From the NCBI GenBank assembly GCA_030603365.1, contig JAUVXV010000005.1, positions 128,001 to 192,000 on the forward strand: a stretch of 64,000 nt of DNA. The letters run 5' to 3'. The stretch comes from Candidatus Heimdallarchaeota archaeon (GTDB lineage Archaea; Asgardarchaeota; Heimdallarchaeia; Heimdallarchaeales; Heimdallarchaeaceae). Below are positions 8,736-18,946 of the stretch, piece after piece. Both the position numbers and the translations under genes were made by a program. Below the pieces are notes generated by a model, which was given only the letters and a program-made list of their open reading frames with translations, had not been told where the DNA came from and did not search any database. Positions within the stretch are counted from its first letter, which is position 1, and every line of letters starts with the position of its first letter.

Positions 8736-10127
8736 ATGCAATCGAATCAGTATGATTTTTCTCATTTGAATAGAAAAAACAGATTAGCTGGTACAGCAAA
8801 TGATCTCTCACCTGATCAAGCATCAATGTTGGGAGAGATTTTAGGTACATATCTAGGTGGAGAGGAGGCAGTAGTTGTGTCAGCTAGAGATTACCGAAAA
8901 GATACTAGGATGATTAGTCGAGCTTTTAATGCAGGTTTAATAAGTGTAGGAACAACAGTTTTTGAATTACATGCAAGTTCTTTACCAGTAGTTCAATTTG
9001 CTTTAAGAAGATTCAGTGCTCACGCAGGAGTTCATATGGCTGCAGCTCACAGAACAGCTGAGAAGATTAACATAAGAATCTTCGACCAGACTGGTATAGA
9101 GGTTCCTTTCCAAGATATTTTTTCCAAGGAAAAAATCCAGCAGAAACCCATTAAAAGAGCTCCTCCTGACAAGATTGCAGATATACTCTCAGTCAAACAA
9201 GCTAATGATCTTTATAGAGCAGCAATTAGTTCAGCTCTAGGAACAGATATACTCAAACAACAGAATTTTTCAGTAGTTGTAGATTGTGCTTTTGGACCTG
9301 TTGCTGAGGTTTTTCCAAACATTTTAGCACAAAATGGTTGCAATGTATTAACTCTAAATGCTTTCAAACCTGAAAACATACCTGAATCATTGCCAAATCC
9401 GAATTCATTGTCTATTTTATCAAGAACAATGGTAGCAGCAAATGGAGATCTTGGAATTGCATTCGATCCAAGCGGTTCAAGAGCAATTTACTTAGATGAA
9501 CATGGAAGAATAATAGATCCGTGTGTAATAGTATCAATTCTACTTCAAGATAAAATGATAGGAAGACAAGAAGGAAAAGTAGTTTTGTCTAATTCTCTTT
9601 GGATAATGGAAAAATGGTTAAAAGAACATGATATTACTCCTTATTTCTCGAACGAATATCCAGGAGAGATTTCTAGAACCGTACAATTTCAAAGAGCTAT
9701 TTTTGGAGCTGATGAACAGGGGATTTATATTCACCCAACTATCTCAAATGAATCAGAACCATTTGCATCAACTTTACTGTTACTTTCCTCATTTGCTCGT
9801 GATGAGAAACATAAGTATATCTCCACATTTGTGGAAGATAGGGACATCTGCGATAAAGATATTTTTGAGGATAAATCCTATTCTCTCGTTGCTGATCCAA
9901 AATTGTTCTTAAAAAAGATTTATGAGAGAGATAACGAGAACAAGATAATAAATACTCTAAATGGTGTAAAAATAATTCATGATAAAAGGAAATGGAGTCA
10001 TATCTTCAGTACTATAATTCCTTCAAAGATCACCATTAGAGCATGTGCAGAAAATAGTGAAGATAGAGAATCAATATTGAATGAAACAATGTCAATGGTT
10101 GAAACTCTTGATGGTGAATTATCTTGA
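8736..10127 (+). CDS. Phosphohexomutase (PGM/PMM) superfamily protein with degenerate catalytic motifs
   Basis: ARDYR, VVVDCAFG, DLGIAFD and FGADEQG fit the family fold. The phospho-Ser motif (T/S)ASHN reads MAAAHRT and the metal loop DxDxDR reads DPSGSR. Confidence 0.8.
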   Translation: MQSNQYDFSHLNRKNRLAGTANDLSPDQASMLGEILGTYLGGEEAVVVSARDYRKDTRMISRAFNAGLISVGTTVFELHASSLPVVQFALRRFSAHAGVHMAAAHRTAEKINIRIFDQTGIEVPFQDIFSKEKIQQKPIKRAPPDKIADILSVKQANDLYRAAISSALGTDILKQQNFSVVVDCAFGPVAEVFPNILAQNGCNVLTLNAFKPENIPESLPNPNSLSILSRTMVAANGDLGIAFDPSGSRAIYLDEHGRIIDPCVIVSILLQDKMIGRQEGKVVLSNSLWIMEKWLKEHDITPYFSNEYPGEISRTVQFQRAIFGADEQGIYIHPTISNESEPFASTLLLLSSFARDEKHKYISTFVEDRDICDKDIFEDKSYSLVADPKLFLKKIYERDNENKIINTLNGVKIIHDKRKWSHIFSTIIPSKITIRACAENSEDRESILNETMSMVETLDGELS

Positions 10128-10273
10128 AAAAGAAAAAAGAAATAGTACCAGAACAAGAACAAATGAATGTTTGTTTGAAGTGTGGAAGACCAATTGTACG
10201 CAAAGAGAAATTCTGTATGCAATGTGGTATTATGATAAACATTCGTCAACACTATCCGCATAATCTACTTTGA
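10124..10273 (+). CDS. Small zinc-ribbon protein (49 aa, absent from ORF track)
   Basis: TTG start overlaps the PGM stop (TTGA). Translates MKKKKEIVPEQEQMNVCLKCGRPIVRKEKFCMQCGIMINIRQHYPHNLL, i.e. CxxCG-x9-CxxCG. Confidence 0.75.
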   Translation: MKKKKEIVPEQEQMNVCLKCGRPIVRKEKFCMQCGIMINIRQHYPHNLL

Positions 10274-10335
10274 TTCTAACTAACTTTTCTCTCATTTCAA
10301 AAACATTAAAGAATGAGTAATTTTAGCAACTATTA

Positions 10336-12057
10336 ATGACTAAAGGTTATCTCAGTTTTGTTTTACATGGTCATATGCCTTGGGTACTAGAACAGGGTAC
10401 ATGGCCACATGGAGAAGTATGGTTACATGAAGCAGCTGCTGAAACATACACTCCTACTCTATCAATGTTGACAAACTTTCAAGAGAAAAAAGGTTATACA
10501 GATATGCTTACAATTGGTATGACACCTGTTCTTACTGAGCAATTAGTTCATCCACGTTTTAAAGCAAGTTTTGAGAATTATCTGAATGATCGAATCGAGC
10601 AGAGTATTAAAGATAAAGATCACTTTAACTGGGTAGGAGACCAAAAAATCGCTCAATTGGCAGAACGATGGATCAGCTATTATTCTTCAGTCAAGGAACA
10701 GTTTGTTGAAAGATTTAACAGAGATATAATAGATGGATATAAACGACTTCAAGATAAAGGAGCTATTGAGATAATTACTTGTGGAATCACACATGGATAC
10801 CTTCCCTTGTTAGGAAAAGAAGAGACAGTAAATGCTCAGATAAAAGGTGGACAAAGTATCTACAAATATAGATACGGTGGTAGAGAATCTGCTGGAATGT
10901 GGTTACCTGAAATGGCTTACCGTCCAGAGTATAGATGGAAGAACCCAATAACAAATGAAGAGTTTGATAGAAAGGGAGTTGAGTTTTACCTTGCTAAAAA
11001 TAACATTCGCTATTTCCTTGTTGATACTCCACTATTAAGAGGAGGAGAAAGCATAGGAACCTATCTAGATAAATTTGATGCGTTAAAGAAATTGTGGACC
11101 CAATTTGAGAAACAGAAACCTGATCTAGTAGACAAAGATTATCCGCTCTTTAGACCCTATTTCACAGGGGGGACAGAGGATTATGATAATAAAGTCAGTT
11201 TCTTCACAAGAGATGATAAAACAGGTATACTCGTCTGGTCAGGAGATATCGGTTTTCCAGGAGATGGGAGCTATCTAGAATTTCATAAAAAGCATTGGCC
11301 TTCTGGTAACAGGTACTGGAAAGTTACAGGCAAAGATGTTGATCTGGGAGAAAAAGAGGTCTATGACCATAGCAAAATAGTCGAAAGATTAGATGAAAAT
11401 TCAGAACATTTCTTCAAAGTAGCCAAAGAAAGTATTCTTCAGAATTATAAAGAGATTGGAACGCCAGGAATTGTAGTTTGTCCATACGATTTCGAACTTT
11501 TTGGACATTGGTGGTTTGAGGCTATAGGCTTTCTGGAAAGAATAATCACAAAAGTAAGTGAAGATGAAGAAATAGCAACAACTACAACTAGAAGCTATCT
11601 AGAAAAATATCCTCCAAGTGAAGACATCTATGTTCCTCTCCCAGAGGGATCATGGGGAAAAGGTAATTTCCACTGGATATGGCTGAATGATGATACAACT
11701 GCAAGTTGGAAATATATTTACGAATGTGAAGATCTATTTCTGAAAGCTCTGAAAGAGTTCAAAGTGACCCATTATAGAGATTTCAATCTAGCAAAAAGAT
11801 TGATTAATCAACTTGGAAGAGAATTATTCTTGCTTTCATCTTCAGATTGGACGTTTCTAATCTCAACATGGTCTGCGAGAGATTATGCAGAGGTTAGAAT
11901 AAAACTACATTATGATAATTTCAAAAAATTGTATGTTCTGTTTAAGCAGTATAAAGATGGTAAGATAAATGATCAAGCTATTCAACTTCTAGAAGAAATT
12001 GAAAAAGAAGATAGTATTGCTTGGGAACAAGATGTCTATCAATGGTTTGAGCTCTAG
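10336..12057 (+). CDS. GH57 1,4-alpha-glucan branching enzyme (DUF1957-containing)
   Basis: VLHGHMPWV, THGYLPLL, GMWLPEMAY (nucleophile Glu), PYDFELFGHWWFE (acid/base Asp), SSDWTF. Confidence 0.93.
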   Translation: MTKGYLSFVLHGHMPWVLEQGTWPHGEVWLHEAAAETYTPTLSMLTNFQEKKGYTDMLTIGMTPVLTEQLVHPRFKASFENYLNDRIEQSIKDKDHFNWVGDQKIAQLAERWISYYSSVKEQFVERFNRDIIDGYKRLQDKGAIEIITCGITHGYLPLLGKEETVNAQIKGGQSIYKYRYGGRESAGMWLPEMAYRPEYRWKNPITNEEFDRKGVEFYLAKNNIRYFLVDTPLLRGGESIGTYLDKFDALKKLWTQFEKQKPDLVDKDYPLFRPYFTGGTEDYDNKVSFFTRDDKTGILVWSGDIGFPGDGSYLEFHKKHWPSGNRYWKVTGKDVDLGEKEVYDHSKIVERLDENSEHFFKVAKESILQNYKEIGTPGIVVCPYDFELFGHWWFEAIGFLERIITKVSEDEEIATTTTRSYLEKYPPSEDIYVPLPEGSWGKGNFHWIWLNDDTTASWKYIYECEDLFLKALKEFKVTHYRDFNLAKRLINQLGRELFLLSSSDWTFLISTWSARDYAEVRIKLHYDNFKKLYVLFKQYKDGKINDQAIQLLEEIEKEDSIAWEQDVYQWFEL

Positions 12058-13226
12058 ATATATAATTTTCTCTTCTTTTTTCTATTTACTATTAAAATCA
12101 TTAACATCCCAAGAATACTTAGCAAAGGATAATTTCCTTCATCAGTAGGCGTGGTTACTGTGACTACTATTTCATAAGTTTCTATCAATATAAGATTGTT
12201 AATATCTGATGCATCGAGTACAGAAATTCCATCACCTATTTGTGCCATATAGATAAGATCGTTGGCACTGTCCACATAGATATCTTCTGTTATATTTGCT
12301 ATTACAAGAAAAGTATTAACTTCAAGAAGATTTGAGGGCTCAGTTATATCAATTATACTCATTCCATACTCAAATGTTAAATCATTTGAAGTTATCAAGT
12401 ATGCATAATTTCCTTCAATATATACTTTATCTGCTCGTGTATTGGAGGTCAGATTATAAAACCCTAATATACTGATATCTGATATGTCCGAAATATTAAG
12501 AGCAATTAACCCATCTCCATCCGTTGCTATATAAGCTACATCATCAATAATTTCTACACTTTGAGCATTTAATGAATCTGTCGTACCAGGAATTTCACCA
12601 TAACTGTATGATATAACTGGTTGTGCTTTGTTACTTATATCAAGAATATTTAATCCAGAATCATAACCCACTAGAAATGCATAGTCATTTTTTATTGCTA
12701 TGTCTTTTACCATATCTCCTAAAGAATAACCTTCATCTTTTGTATTTCTAGATAAAACTTGAGGATCTGTTGGGTCTGTAACATCAATAATCGCAAAACC
12801 TTCTCCATTAATATCAATGTAAGCTATTTCATTTTGAATGGTTAAAAATCTAGTAATATTAGCTAAATCATAAATCTTTGAAAGCGGTGAAATACTACTT
12901 GTACCGCCTGAAATGTCAAAAATTACTAATCCACTCTCTCCAGCTGCTGCATATAGATAGTTTTCATTAATCACAAGTTCATTGAAGTTACCAGTATCAT
13001 CATCAAATCTTCCCAGATTTTCTAAGTTATACGGATCACTTACATCTATGAGCTCAATTCCACCTGTACGTTCTGCAACATAGGCAATATCCTCCTTAAC
13101 CTCTATTGATGCTGCAGGATAAGTTAGTGTTTCTGCTGAAGTTGTGGTGTTCATTAGCGAAATTAACTGGAAGGTAAGAATTAGAATAAATACAGTTACA
13201 ATTATAGCTCCTTTCTTCTTTTTCAT
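12054..13226 (-). CDS. Secreted LVIVD-repeat beta-propeller protein, C-terminal TM anchor
   Basis: Repeated AYVA..GL.IxDIS.P motifs, signal peptide, TDEGNY-TM-RKKKRK tail. Confidence 0.88.
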   Translation of the reverse strand: MKKKKGAIIVTVFILILTFQLISLMNTTTSAETLTYPAASIEVKEDIAYVAERTGGIELIDVSDPYNLENLGRFDDDTGNFNELVINENYLYAAAGESGLVIFDISGGTSSISPLSKIYDLANITRFLTIQNEIAYIDINGEGFAIIDVTDPTDPQVLSRNTKDEGYSLGDMVKDIAIKNDYAFLVGYDSGLNILDISNKAQPVISYSYGEIPGTTDSLNAQSVEIIDDVAYIATDGDGLIALNISDISDISILGFYNLTSNTRADKVYIEGNYAYLITSNDLTFEYGMSIIDITEPSNLLEVNTFLVIANITEDIYVDSANDLIYMAQIGDGISVLDASDINNLILIETYEIVVTVTTPTDEGNYPLLSILGMLMILIVNRKKKRKLYI

Positions 13227-13331
13227 TATTCAATCACTTTTCCTAGATCTATAACATTTGATAGATTCAGTTAGTACACTGGAGAAAATATAAAAGGATT
13301 TGGTTGTCAAATGGCAGGTGTTATAATTTTA

Positions 13332-14276
13332 CTATCCTTTTCTTTTTCTCTTTTTTCTATATACTAAAACTGCTAACAATAGAACTGAAAAAGCAACAAT
13401 TTCCAATGAATAGACAACTTTGAAAGTGTCAAAACCTTCTTCGAGGTACATTCTAAATAGATAGTCAGTTATTAGTATTACCTCTTCATTGAAAATGTCA
13501 TAGATTTTAGATTTAGATTCATAGGAACAAAGAACACCATTTGGGAGATATTTAAATGAAACATCATCAGTAATGTTTTTCTCAAGTAATCCATAAACAG
13601 CTTGATATGAATAATGCATATCATATGAAAAACCTTCTAACTTTGTATTATTATAAACAAAATCAGACTTCTCAATTACTGAGAAATTTTGATATATTTC
13701 TTCATTAATATCAGGATCGGTATTAATAATATAATCATCTAATTCTAATGGAAGAAAACACCCTAATATTCCCCGCCAACCTAGCATTGCTGTATTCAAT
13801 TCGAAAACATTTAATGGATAAGTACAATTAATTCCCAAGAGCTCATCAGGATAATTTCCCCCCTCAAATCCAAATAAATTATTATTGTTATCAATTTTAA
13901 ATACTAACTGAATACTATTTGTCTCATTGTCATATTGAAATCTATTTAGAGCACTCTCAATACATCCTTGACTCTGACAATGAATAAAATTGAAAATTGT
14001 TTGATTATCTGTTACTCTAAATGTTAATGTGTTCCTATAAGGTTCGAAATCAAAGAATACAAGAGTTTCATTATTAGTTTCCACATCTGTAGTTTCCCAA
14101 AAAGGGTCATATTCTGTTGTGATTTCAGAACGAAGATATGAAAAGGAATCTTGATGAAGATCCCAATAAGAATCTGCAACAACTTGTTTTTGAGAACTTA
14201 AGATTAGAAAAGTCATCATCAATGAACAAAGTTTTTGAAGATGTCTTTTTGATATCATAACACTGTTAATTCTCAC
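13332..14276 (-). CDS. Hypothetical secreted protein with C-terminal TM anchor
   Basis: Signal-like N-terminus, acidic body rich in N-x-S/T sequons, TM plus RKKRKRKG. Confidence 0.75.
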   Translation of the reverse strand: MRINSVMISKRHLQKLCSLMMTFLILSSQKQVVADSYWDLHQDSFSYLRSEITTEYDPFWETTDVETNNETLVFFDFEPYRNTLTFRVTDNQTIFNFIHCQSQGCIESALNRFQYDNETNSIQLVFKIDNNNNLFGFEGGNYPDELLGINCTYPLNVFELNTAMLGWRGILGCFLPLELDDYIINTDPDINEEIYQNFSVIEKSDFVYNNTKLEGFSYDMHYSYQAVYGLLEKNITDDVSFKYLPNGVLCSYESKSKIYDIFNEEVILITDYLFRMYLEEGFDTFKVVYSLEIVAFSVLLLAVLVYRKKRKRKG

Positions 14277-14316
14277 TAGAAATAATAAATGTTTGGAGCA
14301 ATCTATGAAAAAAGAG

Positions 14317-15786
14317 TTATTTCTTTTTCCATCTTTTCTTTAGTGCTTGTTCATACACTTTTTGCCAGTTACTTGCAGCATTTTTCCAAGAAAAGTCAAG
14401 ACTCATGACTCTTTTCTGTAATTTAACAAAACTTGGATGATCATTGTAATAAAGGCTTACAGCAAGTTCAACAGCTTCAAAGAATTCATCTGGTTTTGCT
14501 TTCTCAAAAACAAATCCATTTCCATTAGTTTGGTCTTCCACATAATCTTTTACAGTATCAGAGAGTCCTCCTGTGTTCCTAACAATAGGTACTGTTCCAT
14601 AAACCATGGAATACATCTGATTCAATCCACATGGTTCGTATATACTTGGCATTAGGAAGAAATCTGAGGCGGCTTCGATTTGGTGAGCTAAACGATTATC
14701 AAATTCAATGTTGATTGAACAGTCCTCTGGATACTTTTTCTCTTTTGTTTTGAATTTTTTCTCAAGTTTTGGATCTCCAGTTCCTAATAAAATAAATTGA
14801 ACTTTGAGATTCATAATATCATCAAATTTCTTAAGAATCATATTGAGACCTTTTTGAGTAGCTAATCTTGTAATTATACCCAGGAGAGGTTTATCAGTAA
14901 CATCTAGATTCAGTTTATCTTGCAGATAATTCTTGCATTCTTCCTTTCCTTTCAAGTTTCTAGCATCGTAATTCTTAACAATCAACTCATCTGTTCTCGG
15001 ATTCCAAATTGTTAAATCTATCCCATGAACAATACCGTAAAGGTCATCTTTACGAGTTGCAATGATTTTCTCTAAACCATACCCATATTCTTTGGTTTGG
15101 ATTTCTTCAGCATATTTTGAGCTTACAGTTGTGAGGATATCTGTATATACAACTGCTGCTTTCATGAAATTAATTTGATCATAAAATCCAAGCAAATCTT
15201 CAGTTAAATAAATTTCAGGTATATTTGCATCTGCTATTTCTTCTAAAGGATAGATTCCCTGATATCCAATATTATGAATTGTAAAAACTGTTCTTGCTTT
15301 ACTAAATAGAGGTTTTTCACTGTATTGTGTTTTTAATAAAAATGGAACCAATCCTGTATGCCAATCGTTAGCATGAATAATGTTTGGTGCAAATCCAAGT
15401 AATTCTAATGACGCAAAAACAGACTGAGAGAAGCTTAAGAATCTTATTGGACTATCTGCATAATCCTCACCTGTTTCTTCATCTACATAAATTCCATCTC
15501 TATAGAGATAGTTATTCTTAATGAAGTAGATTGGAACTTGACTACCAGGTAGAACAGATTCATACAGTTCGAAAACCTCAAGTTTTTCACCTATTGGTGC
15601 CACTAAATCTTTCTTGACTAGCTTGATATTATTGTCTTCTAAATTGATTTTCTTATACAATGGTGTAAAGATTATAATGTTGTGTCCCAATTCTTTCATT
15701 GCTTTTGGATAAGCGGATGAAACATCCCCTAAACCTCCAGTTTTGGAGAATGGAACAACTTCAGCTGAAATAAATACTATGTTCAT
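14317..15786 (-). CDS. glgA: Glycogen synthase (GT5)
   Basis: PFSKTGGLGDV, HANDWHTG, FTIHNIGYQG, RLATQKG, PSIYEPCGLNQM, TGGLSDTV. Confidence 0.96.
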   Translation of the reverse strand: MNIVFISAEVVPFSKTGGLGDVSSAYPKAMKELGHNIIIFTPLYKKINLEDNNIKLVKKDLVAPIGEKLEVFELYESVLPGSQVPIYFIKNNYLYRDGIYVDEETGEDYADSPIRFLSFSQSVFASLELLGFAPNIIHANDWHTGLVPFLLKTQYSEKPLFSKARTVFTIHNIGYQGIYPLEEIADANIPEIYLTEDLLGFYDQINFMKAAVVYTDILTTVSSKYAEEIQTKEYGYGLEKIIATRKDDLYGIVHGIDLTIWNPRTDELIVKNYDARNLKGKEECKNYLQDKLNLDVTDKPLLGIITRLATQKGLNMILKKFDDIMNLKVQFILLGTGDPKLEKKFKTKEKKYPEDCSINIEFDNRLAHQIEAASDFFLMPSIYEPCGLNQMYSMVYGTVPIVRNTGGLSDTVKDYVEDQTNGNGFVFEKAKPDEFFEAVELAVSLYYNDHPSFVKLQKRVMSLDFSWKNAASNWQKVYEQALKKRWKKK

Positions 15787-16954
15787 TTTTATCCTCTACT
15801 TGTGATACTATATCTATTATCTTTTGAATTATGTCATTTGAGAGATTTAAAATTATTTGTTGAGAGTCTTCTGAAAGGTTTTCGATCATTTTTGCTAAGG
15901 TATTTCTCTGATACTTTAATCCGGTATGAATTAAATCAGAAGCCCACCAATCCTTTGAAGCCCACCAGAATTGGCAAGAATAGTAGGATGCATGATATTC
16001 ATCCATCCAATCACCTTCCAATAAATATCGTTTGATTTGGTGAAGTAATCGTAAATGAGTGTGTTGTAATTGATGAACAGGATTGAAAGGATGATTCCAT
16101 AAAGGATAAGGAATTAATGCATCTATGTCTGATTGTGTGGTAGACCAGGAGGAAGGGATGAAGATTTCACTTACCTTTTCAATAGGGAACCTATTCAAAC
16201 AGCTGGAAAGAGTTAATGTTTCTATTCTATCTGCTACATTGAAGAAGTAATAGTAATATTCTTCCATATGTTCGCCAAAAGTTTCTAGATCCATAGCTAG
16301 TACTATAGGTTGGTTTGTAGCTTTGAATTTATCTTGCAATTCTAGAACACAATGAGTTATATTGCGATTATAATGATTGAAAGAAATATTGTTACTCAAT
16401 TCTTTGTTTCTTTTGACTAACTGAATGGATTTCCCATTATCGAGAATGAAATTACAGCCATATGGTTCCGAATTAATATTAGTAGGAACTAAAACTGTGT
16501 TATATCCTTTTTCAAGTATTTGAGGAAGCAAGTCCTCTGAAACAGCTAATTCAGGAGGGAAGAAAACTGAAGAAGTCATACCTAATATGTTCTGAAGAAT
16601 TTCCTTTTGCTTTCCAATTTGGTATTTCTGATTTTCAATTGAAATTAAGGGTAGAAGTGGATGAAAAAAAGCCGACCCCATAATCTCTATTTGACCAGCT
16701 GATATACATTTTTCAATTAGTTCTAGAACATAGGGATATTTTGTGGCCAGTAATTCTAAAAGACAACCTGTAATATTTAGAGTAATTCTTACATTAGGTT
16801 TCTTTGTTAGATTTTCGAAAAATGGAATGTAACAGTTATTGACGATTCGTTCTAGAATCTCTATCCTCTGAGTTACTGGTTGGTAAGCATGGAGTATGAA
16901 AGAAACAGGAACCCTCTCTTCTTCTACCATCAACTTGACCTCTATATCTGGCAT
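15761..16954 (-). CDS. GH57 family glycoside hydrolase (alpha-amylase/amylopullulanase-like)
   Basis: LHAYQP, HPLLPL, FFPPELAV, AMDLETFGEH, SCQFWWAS. Overlaps the glgA start. Confidence 0.85.
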   Translation of the reverse strand: MPDIEVKLMVEEERVPVSFILHAYQPVTQRIEILERIVNNCYIPFFENLTKKPNVRITLNITGCLLELLATKYPYVLELIEKCISAGQIEIMGSAFFHPLLPLISIENQKYQIGKQKEILQNILGMTSSVFFPPELAVSEDLLPQILEKGYNTVLVPTNINSEPYGCNFILDNGKSIQLVKRNKELSNNISFNHYNRNITHCVLELQDKFKATNQPIVLAMDLETFGEHMEEYYYYFFNVADRIETLTLSSCLNRFPIEKVSEIFIPSSWSTTQSDIDALIPYPLWNHPFNPVHQLQHTHLRLLHQIKRYLLEGDWMDEYHASYYSCQFWWASKDWWASDLIHTGLKYQRNTLAKMIENLSEDSQQIILNLSNDIIQKIIDIVSQVEDKNEHSIYFS

Positions 16955-18150
16955 TATTTAGTTTCTTTTAAGCTTTCTCTCATAATACTAGCAACATCTT
17001 CTGGAAACATAGTAGCTATTCTGTAAGTTTCCATGATTTCTGCACCACCGATCCGTTGAATTGGGATAATATCTATCATGAGATGCATTCCAGAGCTGTA
17101 ACCCACGTTATCTTGCCTGAAAAGTATATTTCTATCCTGTAGAAGGTTCATACTCGGATTTGCCATTTTAATAAAATTATCAAGTGCTTTATTTGCATTT
17201 ACTAAAGCTTCAGCCAATCCCATAAGCTGTTTTGCATCTAAATCAATAAATTGCGAAACATGTCTCTTTGATATAAGTCTTAGTTGACCATCTCTTTCGG
17301 GGGAAAAAGCTGTTAATACTACCCACTCGTTATTTTCAAAAACCATTCTCTCTTCTACCAAAAGTTCTTGCTCAATAGGATCAACAATCTTTTCCTTATT
17401 ATTTGCAACTTCACAAGCCAAACAGTAATCTTCATCTTTCTTTAGCTCTTTATGAAAGCCTGGAACGCTAAGGAAACCAAGAGATGTCCATCCATGACCA
17501 ATATCATTTGCATAGATGTAGGTTTGAGAATGAAGATGACAAATACTTGCACCAGATTCTTCTCCAATATTGAAGAAATGAAGTGTAGTCAGTTTGTCTG
17601 TTTTGTATCTTTCTTTTAGCTCATTAATGGAGTTGCGATGAACTAACTGAGTAGTAGTAAGAAGTTTAGCAACTTCTATTATAGGTACTTCAGAAAGAAT
17701 ATCATAATGTTTGGTTAAGAGGTGGACTATTCCTATTCCTACACTTTTGTCCTTTATTGAAGTGATTTGTTGAGTGTTATCGTATAGTACTCTTGCCATA
17801 GGAGTAAAGAGATTAACAATTGAAATTGCAGATGAATCCTCCAAGTTCTTCTTCTCAGAATTTACACTAAGTGGGTGTTCTATAATTTTATCATCTCGTG
17901 ACAGAACAACTGCAGGTAGCTCTCCCTTAACTACTCTACAGAATGAATCATCTTGAGGAGAATGTTCTATAATTTCTTCAGTTTCCTCATTATTGTGTTC
18001 AATGGGTCGTTTTCCTCTTATTGGAGAAAATTGTGTTACATGTCCAACCTTTGTATTAAATTCGTTAATTAACGTTCTAAAAGGATCAAACCTTTCTAGT
18101 GGCATGTTTTCTATCTTCTTGTAGATCCCCCAGTATCCTTCCTCTACCAA
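16954..18150 (-). CDS. GalT-family (HIT superfamily) hexose-1-phosphate nucleotidyltransferase / NDP-sugar phosphorylase
   Basis: NIGEESGASICHLHSQ (HxHxQ), CLAC, ERMVFENNEW, KRHVS..DL, GGAEI. One-base overlap with the GH57 gene. Confidence 0.82.
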   Translation of the reverse strand: MVEEGYWGIYKKIENMPLERFDPFRTLINEFNTKVGHVTQFSPIRGKRPIEHNNEETEEIIEHSPQDDSFCRVVKGELPAVVLSRDDKIIEHPLSVNSEKKNLEDSSAISIVNLFTPMARVLYDNTQQITSIKDKSVGIGIVHLLTKHYDILSEVPIIEVAKLLTTTQLVHRNSINELKERYKTDKLTTLHFFNIGEESGASICHLHSQTYIYANDIGHGWTSLGFLSVPGFHKELKKDEDYCLACEVANNKEKIVDPIEQELLVEERMVFENNEWVVLTAFSPERDGQLRLISKRHVSQFIDLDAKQLMGLAEALVNANKALDNFIKMANPSMNLLQDRNILFRQDNVGYSSGMHLMIDIIPIQRIGGAEIMETYRIATMFPEDVASIMRESLKETK

Positions 18151-18301
18151 ATTATTTCACCATTAACAAGCTCTGCACCAGAAGAATACTTCTTAAAATT
18201 GACGGTAGGACTCAAAAACATTAAGAGATCTGGGAGCTGATTTTTTTTATTCATAGAAGAACACTTTTAAGCAAAGAATCTAAAATGAGTTTGAACCTAT
18301 A

Positions 18302-18946
18302 GTGAGTGATATGATAGGAAAAACTCATTCATTGCAACCGATTATTTTCAAAGATATGATGATCAAAAGTGTTGAACACATTGGTATTGAAAAAGAGAAT
18401 ATCAATGCGATCAATGTTTTCCCGATTCCAGATGGAGATACGGGATCTAACTTTTATTATACTTTACAAGCAATTGTAAAAGAACTAGCAGTAATAACTG
18501 AAGGTAACTGCGATCAAATTTTCCAGGCAATTAGCAAGGGAAGTTTCGTAGGAGCAAAAGGAAATTCTGGTGTTATCTACTCTCAATTTCTTATTGGTGT
18601 TGTTGATTATCTAGATGAAGCTGATTCCATTACTCCAATAACATTTACAGAAGCCTTGAAAGAAGGAACGGAATTTGCATATGAATCTGTTCTAAATCCA
18701 ACAGAAGGGACAATTCTAACAGTTATGAAAGCAATTACAGAAAAATCAAATGAACTCATAAGCGAGAATCCCGATATAGATTGGATTGAATATATTAACA
18801 AAATTGTAGAAGCAAGTAATATTACACTAGCACAAACCAAAGAAATGTTAGATGTTCTGAAAGAAGCAAATGTAGTAGATGCAGGAGCATTAGGTTTCGT
18901 CCATATTCTTGAATCTTGGAGAGATATTATAGTCAATAGTGAGTAA
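18302..18946 (+). CDS. Stand-alone DAK2 domain protein (FakA/YloV N-terminal-like)
   Basis: INAINVFPIPDGDTGSN, GAKGNSGVI.SQF, PTEGTILTV, VVDAGALG. Confidence 0.9.
   Translation: MSDMIGKTHSLQPIIFKDMMIKSVEHIGIEKENINAINVFPIPDGDTGSNFYYTLQAIVKELAVITEGNCDQIFQAISKGSFVGAKGNSGVIYSQFLIGVVDYLDEADSITPITFTEALKEGTEFAYESVLNPTEGTILTVMKAITEKSNELISENPDIDWIEYINKIVEASNITLAQTKEMLDVLKEANVVDAGALGFVHILESWRDIIVNSE

Noticed and set aside
9998-10263. Track ORFs 9998..10261, 10036..10242 and 10081..10263
   Set aside because: The zinc-ribbon frame 10124..10273 explains the region better.
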